Source: Euryarchaeota archaeon UBA53 | Lineage (GTDB): Archaea; Thermoplasmatota; Poseidoniia; Poseidoniales; Poseidoniaceae | Assembly: GCA_002507425.1 (NCBI GenBank) | Contig: DAZU01000067.1 | Coordinates: 2,502 to 66,501 of the forward strand | Direction of reading: 5' to 3' | Length of the DNA: 64,000 bases | Shown: piece by piece, positions 40,234-49,905 of the stretch | How positions within the stretch are numbered: position 1 is the first letter of the stretch | Layout of the letters: each line of letters starts with the position of its first letter | Made by a program: the position numbers and the translations under genes | The notes under the pieces: model-generated | What the model was told of the DNA's origin: nothing | Database searches by the model: none | The model's input: only the letters and a program-made list of their open reading frames with translations

Positions 40234-41022
40234 ATGGGCCTGATAAAAAAGTTAGCGGCAGTTATTGGCCTAGCCATGATTGCCATATCCGTTGCTAACG
40301 TTGAATTCGGGGCATTGATGGGGCTTGAGCCCCCTCAAAAGTTGATCTTAGCTAATTTAGCTGATCCGGGCTGCAATAAGGAAGAGATTCAAACCGATAT
40401 AGATGCTGGCAACCTAAACTCTTGTGTAACTGCGACGGGTGTTTGGGATGCCCCGGATTTACTATTACTCATTGAAGGTTGTGTGATATTTCTTTCCACA
40501 TTCATGCGATGGCCAAGAAAGGGCCGATGGGCTGTTAGAATTCGCAAATTGGCCGTAACATCGGGATTAATTTTGTGTGGATTGGCGCTGGCTGACAGGT
40601 TTGATAAATTACCAGGGGCTTCATCAGAAGATTTGGCAACTTTGTTACCCTTCCCAGCACCCGCAATTGCAGTTCAAATTGGAATCTTTGCTGCAGGTAT
40701 ATTCCTTGTAAGAGGTCCTAAATACAGAATTGAAAGAACCGACAGAACCCAAGAAGAAAAAAGAGAAAATAATCACAGAGAATTGGATCTTGCATACAAG
40801 AGGGGTGGTAATTTGGGTTCTTTAACAAAGACAAAAAAACTGAAGGGAGCCAATAAATATCGAACCATAGGAGATTTATGGAGTGATCAAAGTTTGACCC
40901 AATATGAAGATGTTTTTGAAGGTGGACTGAGAGACGATTTTCAATTATCAGCGGGAAGAGTTTGTCATTTGTGCAACGGAGAGGGTTGCAACGGTTGTTC
41001 AAATACAGGAATTGTAAGATAA
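40234..41022 (+). CDS. 4-TM membrane protein with C-terminal CxxCxGxGCxxC zinc-finger motif
   Basis: Four hydrophobic segments, a charged tail and terminal CHLCNGEGCNGCSNTG. Confidence 0.65.
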   Translation: MGLIKKLAAVIGLAMIAISVANVEFGALMGLEPPQKLILANLADPGCNKEEIQTDIDAGNLNSCVTATGVWDAPDLLLLIEGCVIFLSTFMRWPRKGRWAVRIRKLAVTSGLILCGLALADRFDKLPGASSEDLATLLPFPAPAIAVQIGIFAAGIFLVRGPKYRIERTDRTQEEKRENNHRELDLAYKRGGNLGSLTKTKKLKGANKYRTIGDLWSDQSLTQYEDVFEGGLRDDFQLSAGRVCHLCNGEGCNGCSNTGIVR

Positions 41023-41158
41023 TCGTAATACGTCGGCTAATTTTACATGGTGCTGTAAAGGGCGTCTAAGGTAAGTAATACGAGTAACCTTCAAAACCCC
41101 CCCCGTCTCCTTCGGGAATTAACGTCAAGGTTGCAGTGCTTTGATTTGAGGGAAAGGG

Positions 41159-44100
41159 ATGTATCTAAAAACGCTTGAAGTTGAAAACTTCAAATCATTC
41201 AAAGGTGAAGCGACAATCCCTTTTGATCGAGGTTTCACTGCCATTACCGGACCAAACGGTTCTGGAAAATCCAACTGTGGTGATGCGGTTCAGTTTGTTC
41301 TTGGTGCAAGATCTGCAAAAGTATTGCGGGCACAGAATTCAAAGGATTTAATATTCAATGGTGGAAAATCAAACCGTCCTGCTAGAAATGCTAAGGTGAC
41401 TTTAGTTTTCGCAAACCCTATTTTGTCAAATGGCAGAAGGAGATTACCCATTGATAGCGATGAAGTGAGGATGACTAGAGAGGTTAGACTAACTAAATCA
41501 AATAATACAGTTTCTACATACCTTCTAAACGGAGAAGAGAGCAACCAAAAATCGTTTCATAGATTATTAGGTCAAGCCAATGCCAGGCCAGACGGTTACA
41601 ATATTGTCCTCCAAGGCGATGTTACAAGACTCTCAAGCATGACTGCAATGGAGAGAAGGAGGGTGCTTGATTCAGTCGCTGGCGTAACCTCGTATGACGA
41701 TGAGATTAGGAAAGCAGAAAAACAAAAATCACAAGTCGAGGATTTTATCGATAGGATTTCACTGGTTGAGGAAGAGCAGAAAGCAAGATTGAAAACCTTG
41801 GAGAAAGAAAAGGTAACAGCAGAAAAAGCCAAGTCCACAAAAGAAGAATACGACGCCGCAAATATAGTTTTACAGCAATCCAAGCACCTGTCAGCAAAAG
41901 CAGAGATACAACATCATGCTGAAGAGAAGGCACGGTTCCTTTCAGAAGCTTCTAAATTAGAAGAAAATGTGAAAGCTTCCGAAAAGATATTGCTCGATTT
42001 AGATGACAAGATTGGGGATTTGGAAAGGCAGATATCTGAAGCCATGGGTGGAGATAAAGGCGGTTTGATTGATGAGATTAATTCATTACAGGTATCTATT
42101 GCATTAAACAAAGATCACATCTCTGATTCAGAATCCGCAGATGCAACAGATGCTGAAATTCTAATGGGTTTGGAAGATGAAATAAAATCTGCCAAAGAAG
42201 ATTTAGATATCCATATCCAAAACTTAGTATCAGCTAAAGAAGCACTGGCAGAATCTGAGAGAGCATATCAGGAGTGCGAATCAATTGAGTCATCAATCAG
42301 AGATTCACTAGAGAGCTCCGGTGACGCTAATGCGTCTTTGTCGAGGGCTTTAACCAAAGCTAATGAAGAATTTGAAGATTCACGCGAGACCTTACAAAAT
42401 TCAAGAATTGATGTTGAAAAACTTGCGAATGAGGCAGATATTGTTGCAGAGCAGTTATCTAGAGCAGAAGAGGATGTAGATGACGCTAGACTTGCTTGTG
42501 ACGATGTCCAGTTACGAATGGAAGAATTAGGTGATATAAATCCTCAAAATGATTTATCTTCATTGGCTGATGAATTAAGAAGTGCACAAGGTGCAGAGAA
42601 ACGGCTTATTGACGAGTCTTCTGCTGTTGATAGAAGACTACAGGAGGCTGAGAGACGCCTATCATCAGCTAGAACTGAACTTGACAAACGCTCGGGTAGT
42701 AATGGTATGGCTCCTGGGGCAGCAGCGGTTATGGCTGCAAGAGATCGTGGAGAGCTGAAGGGAATAATTGGAACAATAAGCGAGCTTTGTGCTCCAAAAA
42801 ATCCCGATCATGCTGATGCGCTTGCAACAGCTGTTGGGGGTGGAATGAACTCAGTAGTAGTTGAAAATGACCAGATTGCCGCACAGGCAATGGCCTTGCT
42901 AAAAAGTAGGAAATTGGGTAGGGCGACATTCCTGCCATTGAACAAAATGCAAGCGAATCGGGCTTCGGGAAAGGCAGCGATGTCGGTCAACAAACCCGGA
43001 GTTCTTGGTTTTGCTCACGAATTGCTCGAATATGACCCAAGAATCTCTGCGGCGGTAGCATACGCTCTAAGAAATACGCTCGTTGTTGATAATATTTCCA
43101 CAGCTAGGAAGTTGATGGGTGGAGTAAGATTAGTCACTCTAGGTGGGGAGATTACTGAATCCGGCGGCGCCATGATTGGAGGTAGTCGACAGAAAATGAA
43201 AACTGGATTTGGCGGAAAAATTCACGGAGCAGGCGAGGTAGAGAAACTTGTTACAGAAGTGGACAGGCTATCATTGATGGCTCAAACCGTTGCATCAGCT
43301 CTAAGAGAGGCTAGAACTAGACAGAATGAGATAAGAGGCAAAATAAATTCGCTCGCTGAGGATGATAATTCTTTCAAAGCTGGGTCACTAAAGACAGAAC
43401 TTGATTTGGCACAAAAATCCCTAAACAAAGCGAGAGAGAAAGCGAGTGAAATTGAAAATCGCTTAGCAAAGTTGGAAGCAGAACACTCAGACAAGTTGTC
43501 AATTTTAGAAGAAGCTGAAGAAGCGCTTATCAAAGCGGAGGCAAAAAGGGAAAAGGCAGCAGAGGACTTGAGAGATTCTAGTCCAGACGAAATCAAGCAG
43601 AAGTTGTTAGAAGCACAGACTCGTAGAATCGAGGCTGAGGGAATTGCAACCAAGGCTGAAGTAACGCTCGATAGTGGTAAAGAAAAAGAAGAATTACTCA
43701 ATGAAAGACTTGATTCATTTACATCAAGAGCTGATGAAATTCAAGCGAATATGGCTGGCCGTAGTCAGTCGATAAAGTCATGGAAAAACAAAATTCAAGA
43801 ACAGTCTAAGATTCTTTCAGAAAAAGAATCCGAGCGCTCTAAACTTTTGGACGAACATGAGGAGTTGGAATTAAATCGCCGGTCATTAGTAGACGATAGA
43901 GCCCAAGTTAGAGCGGAAGCAAACCAGATGGCTAGCAATGCAATAAACTCTAAGTCATTGGCAAATGAAATTACTCATGCCCTTGCGGTCAAAGAGAAGG
44001 CATTGGCAGATTTGCTTGTTGAGATGGAACTTGAGGAAATACCGATTGCATCATTGAATGATATGATTCCAAATGTTGGCGACGCAGAAAAAGAAGTCAA

Positions 44101-45052
44101 TAGTCTAAGAAGAAAATTAGACAAGTTTGGAGATTTCAACATGCTTGCAATAGAACAATATGACGCTTGTAAATCTAGATTAGACGAGATGAAAGGTGAT
44201 TTCAAAATCCTTCAGGAAAGGAGGAAGAAATTACTCGACATAACAGATAAACTTGAATCTCAGAGAAAAACAAGGCTACTTTCCACATTAAAAGAAGTGA
44301 ATAAGAACTTCAAGGTAGTTTACAATAGACTATCGAATGGTGGTAGAGGGGAATTGTTCCTTGAGAATCCTGAGGAACCATTCAAAGGCGGTCTCGACAT
44401 GTGGGCACAGCCTCGTGGCAAGTCAAACAAATCTAGGTTGCAAGGGCTTTCAGGAGGAGAAAAATCCATGGCTTCTTTATCCTTGATATTTGCAATCCAA
44501 GATCACGATCCCAGTCCTTTCTATTACTTTGATGAGGTAGACCAGAACCTGGATGTTCCAAACTCTAAACTAATCGCAACCGAATGTAGAAACCGAAGTG
44601 AAGCAGCGCAGTTCATAATGGTGACACTTCGCAAGGTCTCTCTTGAACTTGCAGACCACCACATAGGAATCACTCATGGTGGAGATGGTTGTTCGAGAAG
44701 AATAGTTGATTTCGATAGAGATAGAGCAATCAAGCTTGGAGCCGAGGCAGAGAAAGAGGCTTCACAAGCGTCTGATAAGAACCATTCGAGGATTGAAGAA
44801 GCCAAGGCAATAGCAGAAAACATGCCCGAGGTTCCTGACCCATTGCCTGCTCCAAAAAGCCTCGGAGGTCTGTTAAGTCATATTCCTGATGAAAGTCCAG
44901 ATTCTAGTGATGGTTTCACAGCCCTAGCAGATAGGGCTGGAGAACTTACTGAAGATATTAATCAGAGAAGAGAGATTGTAAGTGAGTTTCTAGCTACTGA
45001 AGGCGTTGAAAAAGAGGTTGAATCAGATATCGAGGCGGATTCGGAGGCTTGA
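41159..45052 (+). CDS. smc: Chromosome segregation protein SMC
   Basis: GPNGSGKSN, Q-loop VLQGD, hinge GRATFLPLN and GAMIGG, LSGGEKS, FYYFDEVD, long coiled coils. Confidence 0.97.
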   Translation: MYLKTLEVENFKSFKGEATIPFDRGFTAITGPNGSGKSNCGDAVQFVLGARSAKVLRAQNSKDLIFNGGKSNRPARNAKVTLVFANPILSNGRRRLPIDSDEVRMTREVRLTKSNNTVSTYLLNGEESNQKSFHRLLGQANARPDGYNIVLQGDVTRLSSMTAMERRRVLDSVAGVTSYDDEIRKAEKQKSQVEDFIDRISLVEEEQKARLKTLEKEKVTAEKAKSTKEEYDAANIVLQQSKHLSAKAEIQHHAEEKARFLSEASKLEENVKASEKILLDLDDKIGDLERQISEAMGGDKGGLIDEINSLQVSIALNKDHISDSESADATDAEILMGLEDEIKSAKEDLDIHIQNLVSAKEALAESERAYQECESIESSIRDSLESSGDANASLSRALTKANEEFEDSRETLQNSRIDVEKLANEADIVAEQLSRAEEDVDDARLACDDVQLRMEELGDINPQNDLSSLADELRSAQGAEKRLIDESSAVDRRLQEAERRLSSARTELDKRSGSNGMAPGAAAVMAARDRGELKGIIGTISELCAPKNPDHADALATAVGGGMNSVVVENDQIAAQAMALLKSRKLGRATFLPLNKMQANRASGKAAMSVNKPGVLGFAHELLEYDPRISAAVAYALRNTLVVDNISTARKLMGGVRLVTLGGEITESGGAMIGGSRQKMKTGFGGKIHGAGEVEKLVTEVDRLSLMAQTVASALREARTRQNEIRGKINSLAEDDNSFKAGSLKTELDLAQKSLNKAREKASEIENRLAKLEAEHSDKLSILEEAEEALIKAEAKREKAAEDLRDSSPDEIKQKLLEAQTRRIEAEGIATKAEVTLDSGKEKEELLNERLDSFTSRADEIQANMAGRSQSIKSWKNKIQEQSKILSEKESERSKLLDEHEELELNRRSLVDDRAQVRAEANQMASNAINSKSLANEITHALAVKEKALADLLVEMELEEIPIASLNDMIPNVGDAEKEVNSLRRKLDKFGDFNMLAIEQYDACKSRLDEMKGDFKILQERRKKLLDITDKLESQRKTRLLSTLKEVNKNFKVVYNRLSNGGRGELFLENPEEPFKGGLDMWAQPRGKSNKSRLQGLSGGEKSMASLSLIFAIQDHDPSPFYYFDEVDQNLDVPNSKLIATECRNRSEAAQFIMVTLRKVSLELADHHIGITHGGDGCSRRIVDFDRDRAIKLGAEAEKEASQASDKNHSRIEEAKAIAENMPEVPDPLPAPKSLGGLLSHIPDESPDSSDGFTALADRAGELTEDINQRREIVSEFLATEGVEKEVESDIEADSEA

Positions 45053-45054
45053 GA

Positions 45055-46215
45055 ATGCAACAATCAGTTCTAGATGGCTGGTTTTTGCGACAAGACATTC
45101 TTGACCAATTAGTCAGTCAAGATGAAGATGTCAGTGAGGCCGAGAGGTATGCAGATAGGATTCTTAGAATCGCACAAGAAGAGAGTGCAGAACATCAGGT
45201 TTTATCCGATCCGTTTGACAGGTCTGTTGCCCTTGTTCTATCCTTAATTCGAGAAGAGGGTATGGATCCTTGGAACATAGATCTCTCAGCATTTTTGAAA
45301 CTCTTTACTCAACGGGTTAGAAAGGAGGCATCGGGTTTAGATCTACCAGCTTGTGGTAGGTTGATACGCATGTCCTGGGAGGTTCTCACTCAGCAGGCCT
45401 CAAGTTTGTTTGATCGAGTAATAGCAATGGATATAGAGGACGATGATGATTTCTTTGACTTTGGTTGGGAATCTGAATATGATGATAATGAATTCATTTT
45501 TACCACAACAGTATTGGAAGGCGATGCAGATAATTTGCTGCCTTCGTTTTTCGATGAGCGCCTAAGGAGAGAGGAAGGGCGCCCATCCACTCTCGGAGAG
45601 TTGCTTTCGGCTCTAAAGGATGCGTGTGATGAGGCTGAGATTTTAAAGGCAAAAGATGACTATAGAAAGGCTCATGCAGTTGAACTAAAAAATATGTTAG
45701 ACAACGTTGGTTCTAGAATGCATAAGGAGGATATGGAAGGGGACATTAGAAGATGCTGGACTGCAATGAGAAATGTCATTTCCATACAAGGACAATCTAA
45801 GGTTCCCGTTAAAGATGTGACAAAGAAATTGTCTAAAATTTTGATAGAAACCTTCGGAGAGATTCCAGAGGGCTACGAGGTTGAATCGAAAATAACATCA
45901 TTCGTCGCAGGTTTATTTCTGACTCACCGTGGTTATGCGTGGATTAGCCAAGATGGGCCTGATGACCCAATAATGCTTGAAGACAGGTGGCCTGACGCAA
46001 CTACATTTGACGAAGTTACTGTTTTAGCTGAAAAAATGATTCAGAGTGATTCCAAGTCAATTAGTGAAGATGAGACAGAATCAATGCGGCATGCAGCAAA
46101 GCTTGCAGAAAGAGCCAGACTTGCTGCTGAGAAAGAAAGATTGGAACGTGAAGAAAAAGAGAGGCTAGCTAAGGCTGCCTTATCGAATAATCCTGAAGAT
46201 TGGTTAGTGGAGTAA
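45055..46215 (+). CDS. scpA: Kleisin ScpA
   Basis: MDPWNIDL N-terminal motif, RPSTLGELLSAL, C-terminal winged helix SFVAGLFL..RG...ISQ....PI; directly after smc. Confidence 0.85.
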   Translation: MQQSVLDGWFLRQDILDQLVSQDEDVSEAERYADRILRIAQEESAEHQVLSDPFDRSVALVLSLIREEGMDPWNIDLSAFLKLFTQRVRKEASGLDLPACGRLIRMSWEVLTQQASSLFDRVIAMDIEDDDDFFDFGWESEYDDNEFIFTTTVLEGDADNLLPSFFDERLRREEGRPSTLGELLSALKDACDEAEILKAKDDYRKAHAVELKNMLDNVGSRMHKEDMEGDIRRCWTAMRNVISIQGQSKVPVKDVTKKLSKILIETFGEIPEGYEVESKITSFVAGLFLTHRGYAWISQDGPDDPIMLEDRWPDATTFDEVTVLAEKMIQSDSKSISEDETESMRHAAKLAERARLAAEKERLEREEKERLAKAALSNNPEDWLVE

Positions 46216-46227
46216 GGAGGTATTTGC

Positions 46228-46836
46228 ATAACAGAAATTCCCATTGAAACATTACTCGAAGCCACCCTCTTTAGCGCTGGAAGGTCACTCGGTGTTGAAG
46301 AATTATCTGAAAACTTAGGTTATGACGAAGAAGAAATTACAGAATCTCTCACAAACCTTCAATCAACTTTCAAAAGAAGGAGAGGCGGGGGCCTGCAGGT
46401 TGTTATGATAGGTAAAAAATGGGCCATGGAGGTAAAACCTAAGATTGCTGAACATTTACCAAAGGAAACCAAATCTGACCTACCTCCTAAGTTGTTAAAG
46501 GCCGCAGCTTTGATAGCATATCATCAACCAATGCCTCAATCGCGTTTGGTAGAATTACTAGGTCAGAAAGCTTACGATCACATCAGAGAACTAGCGCAAG
46601 CAGGTCTAGTGGGGCGGAGGAGAGATGGAAATACAAGAAGGTTAACAACAACTCGAAGATTTTCTGAAATGTTTGGATGTCCTCACACCGATAGGAAGAA
46701 AGTAAAGGCGTGGTTTAGAGAAATGGTTGACTCTTCTGGCCTTCTTGATGGCATGGAAGGGAAATTAGCCCTTAGAGATGAGGTTGAAGATGATGGAAGC
46801 GTCCAAACCACTCTAGGGGTTACTGAATCAGAGTAA
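46228..46836 (+). CDS. scpB: SMC-Scp complex subunit ScpB
   Basis: The frame is open upstream of the ORF-track start and reads (I)TEIPIETLLEATLFSAGRSL (ScpB EAxLF motif), then AALIAYHQP, AYDHIREL and TTRRFSEMFG. The likely start is ATA at 46228, after GGAGGT. Confidence 0.9.
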   Translation: MTEIPIETLLEATLFSAGRSLGVEELSENLGYDEEEITESLTNLQSTFKRRRGGGLQVVMIGKKWAMEVKPKIAEHLPKETKSDLPPKLLKAAALIAYHQPMPQSRLVELLGQKAYDHIRELAQAGLVGRRRDGNTRRLTTTRRFSEMFGCPHTDRKKVKAWFREMVDSSGLLDGMEGKLALRDEVEDDGSVQTTLGVTESE

Positions 46837-48135
46837 TCAAGCCTTGCGTAAACTTTCAAGCGTCTCTTTTACCAGTTGTTGTGTTACAGGTCCCTTTTGC
46901 GAGTTTACAATTCCAGCGACTATCTCAATTTCTTCTCCAATTGCTCCTGCGCTTACTGCCATATTTCTGGCATGCAGTTTCATGTGACCTGCTTGTATTC
47001 CACTTGTAGCTAAAGCACGCATGGCGCCTAGATTTTGCGCTAACCCAGCGGCTGCAATTACTCCAGCCAATTCCTTTGCTGACTCAACGCCTAATATTGA
47101 TAGGTTGGCTTTTGCAACGGGATGCACTTTAGATGCTCCTCCAACTATTCCAACAGCCATTGGCGTTTCTATTCTACCGACTAAGTTTCCATCACTATCT
47201 TTGTGCCACTTAGTCATGGATGAATACTGGTCATTATCGACCGCAGCCCAAGCATGGCAGCCTGCCTCTATCGCTCTCCAGTCCTGTCCACAGGCCAGTG
47301 CTACTGCGCTTATTGCATTCATGACGCCTTTATTATGCGTAGTGGCTCTGTATGGATCAGACATGGCAAAGTGATGTGCATCCAAAATTGCTGATATTAT
47401 CTTGCTACCGTCTTCTCTGGATCCATCATCAGATAATTCCTCAGGAGAAAAAATGGCTTCGACTCTTGCGAGTCTTTTTGACGCCAGATTTGATAAAATT
47501 CTGAGGTGGACCTTTCCATTGGTAATTTCTTCGACTTTATCTGTAATCAACTCGGCCATAGTATTCACAGCATTTGCACCCATGGCATCTTTAGTATCTA
47601 CAAGAAGGTGTATAACTAACATCTTACCAGAGTCACTATCTATCTCCCTTACTTCAATATCTTTACATCCTCCACCTAATCTTATCATTGTGGATGGTAG
47701 GGAGTTACACATCTTCATCAGTTCGTATTTTGCTGTCAAGATTGCTTCTCGTGCGATGTCGGTATCTTCTAAATGTAAGACTTGAACTTGGGCAATCATA
47801 ATTGAATCATCGCTTGAAGTTCTAAATCCTCCATTTTTTAGACACCTTTTAGCCATATTACTCGCTGCTGCAATTATGCTCGATTCTTCTACACAGAATG
47901 GTATTAGGTATGGCTTCCCATCTATAACAAAGTTAGTTGCTACACCGACAGGAAGAGACATTGTCCCGATTACATTCTCGATCATCCTGTCAGCAGCAAG
48001 CTCGTCAAGTTCACCCGTTTTTGATAATGCTGAGATTTCATCTTGTGATAAATTAGATAATTCCGCAACCTTAGCACGTCTATCTTCAACAGATAGTTTG
48101 TAGAACCCTGGAAGTCTACTATCGTCAACTGGCAT
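46837..48135 (-). CDS. hmgA: HMG-CoA reductase, class II
   Basis: MIENVIG, EESSIIAA, DAMGANAVN, ILSNL, THNKGVMN, GHMKLH; probable ATG at 48135. Confidence 0.94.
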   Translation of the reverse strand: MPVDDSRLPGFYKLSVEDRRAKVAELSNLSQDEISALSKTGELDELAADRMIENVIGTMSLPVGVATNFVIDGKPYLIPFCVEESSIIAAASNMAKRCLKNGGFRTSSDDSIMIAQVQVLHLEDTDIAREAILTAKYELMKMCNSLPSTMIRLGGGCKDIEVREIDSDSGKMLVIHLLVDTKDAMGANAVNTMAELITDKVEEITNGKVHLRILSNLASKRLARVEAIFSPEELSDDGSREDGSKIISAILDAHHFAMSDPYRATTHNKGVMNAISAVALACGQDWRAIEAGCHAWAAVDNDQYSSMTKWHKDSDGNLVGRIETPMAVGIVGGASKVHPVAKANLSILGVESAKELAGVIAAAGLAQNLGAMRALATSGIQAGHMKLHARNMAVSAGAIGEEIEIVAGIVNSQKGPVTQQLVKETLESLRKA

Positions 48136-48198
48136 TATGCTTCCTCTGTTAACTCCCAAGGGATGCTTGTTGATGAATGAACCGACGATTTAACGTAA

Positions 48199-48238
48199 TA
48201 ACTAACGCGTTAATTATATGTTAACTAAACGTTAATTA
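48199..48238. promoter_or_regulatory. Tandem imperfect palindromes (putative operator / protein-binding site)
   Basis: TAACTAACGCGTTAATTA (48199-48216) and TAACTAAACGTTAATTA (48222-48238) in an AT-rich divergent intergenic region. Confidence 0.55.
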
Positions 48239-48336
48239 AATACAAATCAGATGCTTCGTATAACAATTTACGCGTCTTAACAGGTCTCAAAAGCGCTTCA
48301 CTTTAGTGAAACATCATATAGTCTCTAAAATTAGAT

Positions 48337-49905
48337 GTGATTATGACAGAAGAATTCCCTGTTTTGGGTTTACCTGCATTGAGGGAGAATCCATTCAAAG
48401 CTCGACCGCTTGAACCAGGACAATCAAAACTTCTTGTTGCAAGAGATCAGATAAGTGCGAGGTGGGCAAGATTCTTGAGGAATAGAACTCCAAGGTTGAT
48501 ATTGCTTATTGGAGAGAGAGGCTCTGGGCGCTCGTCACTTATGAGATGCTTGTCTTCCGAGACTACAAAGAGTGTTCATCTCGACATGTTTCCAACAGAA
48601 AATCACTCACACAGCATCCTTAACGAATTATTTGTTTCTTTAATAGGATTTGATGTTCCTTCCAGCACTCAAGAAATAGCATCTAGATTAGTATCTTTTA
48701 CTGAAAATCTAGAAGGGCCAATACCGCTAATTTCTCTAGACTTCCCAAATGTTGATGGGGGGCAACTATCTCAGGTTATATCAAATTTAATATCTCCAAT
48801 AGAGCGCCTAAACGCAGTAGTTGTAATATCACTCTCAACAGAACAAAGAGCCCAGTGGCCTACAACTTTAGTAGATAGGTTTGACCATGATGATATTATA
48901 TTGCCTATGGAGCACCATGATGTCAAAAAATTGTGTGAATCAAGAATCGCAACTGCTTCAAAATTGGGATGGGAAATGCCTGATGAGGCGGTTGAATATG
49001 TAATGGAAAAGACAAATGGGTCTCCGTATAAGGTAATGCGCCTTCTGAGGGCTATCGTTGATGAGGAAAGAGCAAACCCTCGCAAGATTAAGTATGTTGA
49101 ATCACTTGAAACCCCTGAATTCAAAGAAGTTGAAGATATAGAAGAAGAGATTTATTCAAACGAACCTGATAACGCAAAAGAGGTTTTTGACAATGGATTC
49201 GATTTAAATTTAGATAGTCTAGAAATGCCAACGAGTGACTTCCAAATTAATCCAAAGCCAGTTCCATCTATGGGGGGATTCGGGGCACTTGTAGCAAGAA
49301 ATCGTCAGAATAAAGGAATGGCACCTCGTTTTGAAAAAAATGAAGTCGACCAAGGAAATCCAGAAAGTTTAGTTGGAGATCCAAACCAATTGTGGATTGC
49401 AGATGATCCAAATGCTACTCTTATACAGTCTGTCCAAGAAACCATAGAAATCGAGGAAAATTATGTAACAGATGAGCATGATATTTCTCATGAGGAAGTT
49501 GAGAAAGTACAATCCAGTGGTGATGTTGAAGGTTTGTTCTCGCAACTTTTGGACGCTATCGGTGTTCCAAACGGTTTAGGTTTAGCAGACTTACTTTCAG
49601 CCCTCCGTAGGCCAGTTATTGGGACGAGAGATAGTAGTCCACTAGATGTTCAAACTCTTAGGAATCTTTCAAGAGGAGAAGCAATTCTGGTAGAGGTTGC
49701 ATCTGAACGAGAAATATCTCCATCCGATGCTCGGTTACAAGATAGGTTAAAGATAGGAAGACCTAGAATGTCACAGATGTGTAATCGGCTCTATAGGAGC
49801 GGAATACTTTCAGTGCAGCAAAAAGGAAGATCTAGAATGTTCAGATTGACAAACGATGCAAGGGCTCAATTGGTTGCATGGGGAATGATGGAGGCGAGCA
49901 TATGA
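48337..49905 (+). CDS. Degenerate AAA+ domain, acidic linker and C-terminal winged-helix protein
   Basis: ENPF...PL N-terminus, GERGSGRSS P-loop, TNGSPYKV lid, C-terminal IGRPRMSQMCNRLYRSGIL....KGRSRMFRLT wHTH. Confidence 0.72.
   Translation: MIMTEEFPVLGLPALRENPFKARPLEPGQSKLLVARDQISARWARFLRNRTPRLILLIGERGSGRSSLMRCLSSETTKSVHLDMFPTENHSHSILNELFVSLIGFDVPSSTQEIASRLVSFTENLEGPIPLISLDFPNVDGGQLSQVISNLISPIERLNAVVVISLSTEQRAQWPTTLVDRFDHDDIILPMEHHDVKKLCESRIATASKLGWEMPDEAVEYVMEKTNGSPYKVMRLLRAIVDEERANPRKIKYVESLETPEFKEVEDIEEEIYSNEPDNAKEVFDNGFDLNLDSLEMPTSDFQINPKPVPSMGGFGALVARNRQNKGMAPRFEKNEVDQGNPESLVGDPNQLWIADDPNATLIQSVQETIEIEENYVTDEHDISHEEVEKVQSSGDVEGLFSQLLDAIGVPNGLGLADLLSALRRPVIGTRDSSPLDVQTLRNLSRGEAILVEVASEREISPSDARLQDRLKIGRPRMSQMCNRLYRSGILSVQQKGRSRMFRLTNDARAQLVAWGMMEASI

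Noticed and set aside
41097-41104. C8 homopolymer upstream of smc as a phase-variation tract
   Set aside because: It is a single short intergenic tract with no evidence of length variation.
41159-46836. smc-scpA-scpB as a Wadjet/MksBEF defence system
   Set aside because: It has a canonical SMC hinge and ScpA/ScpB motifs, no JetD-like Toprim nuclease nearby, and a housekeeping context.
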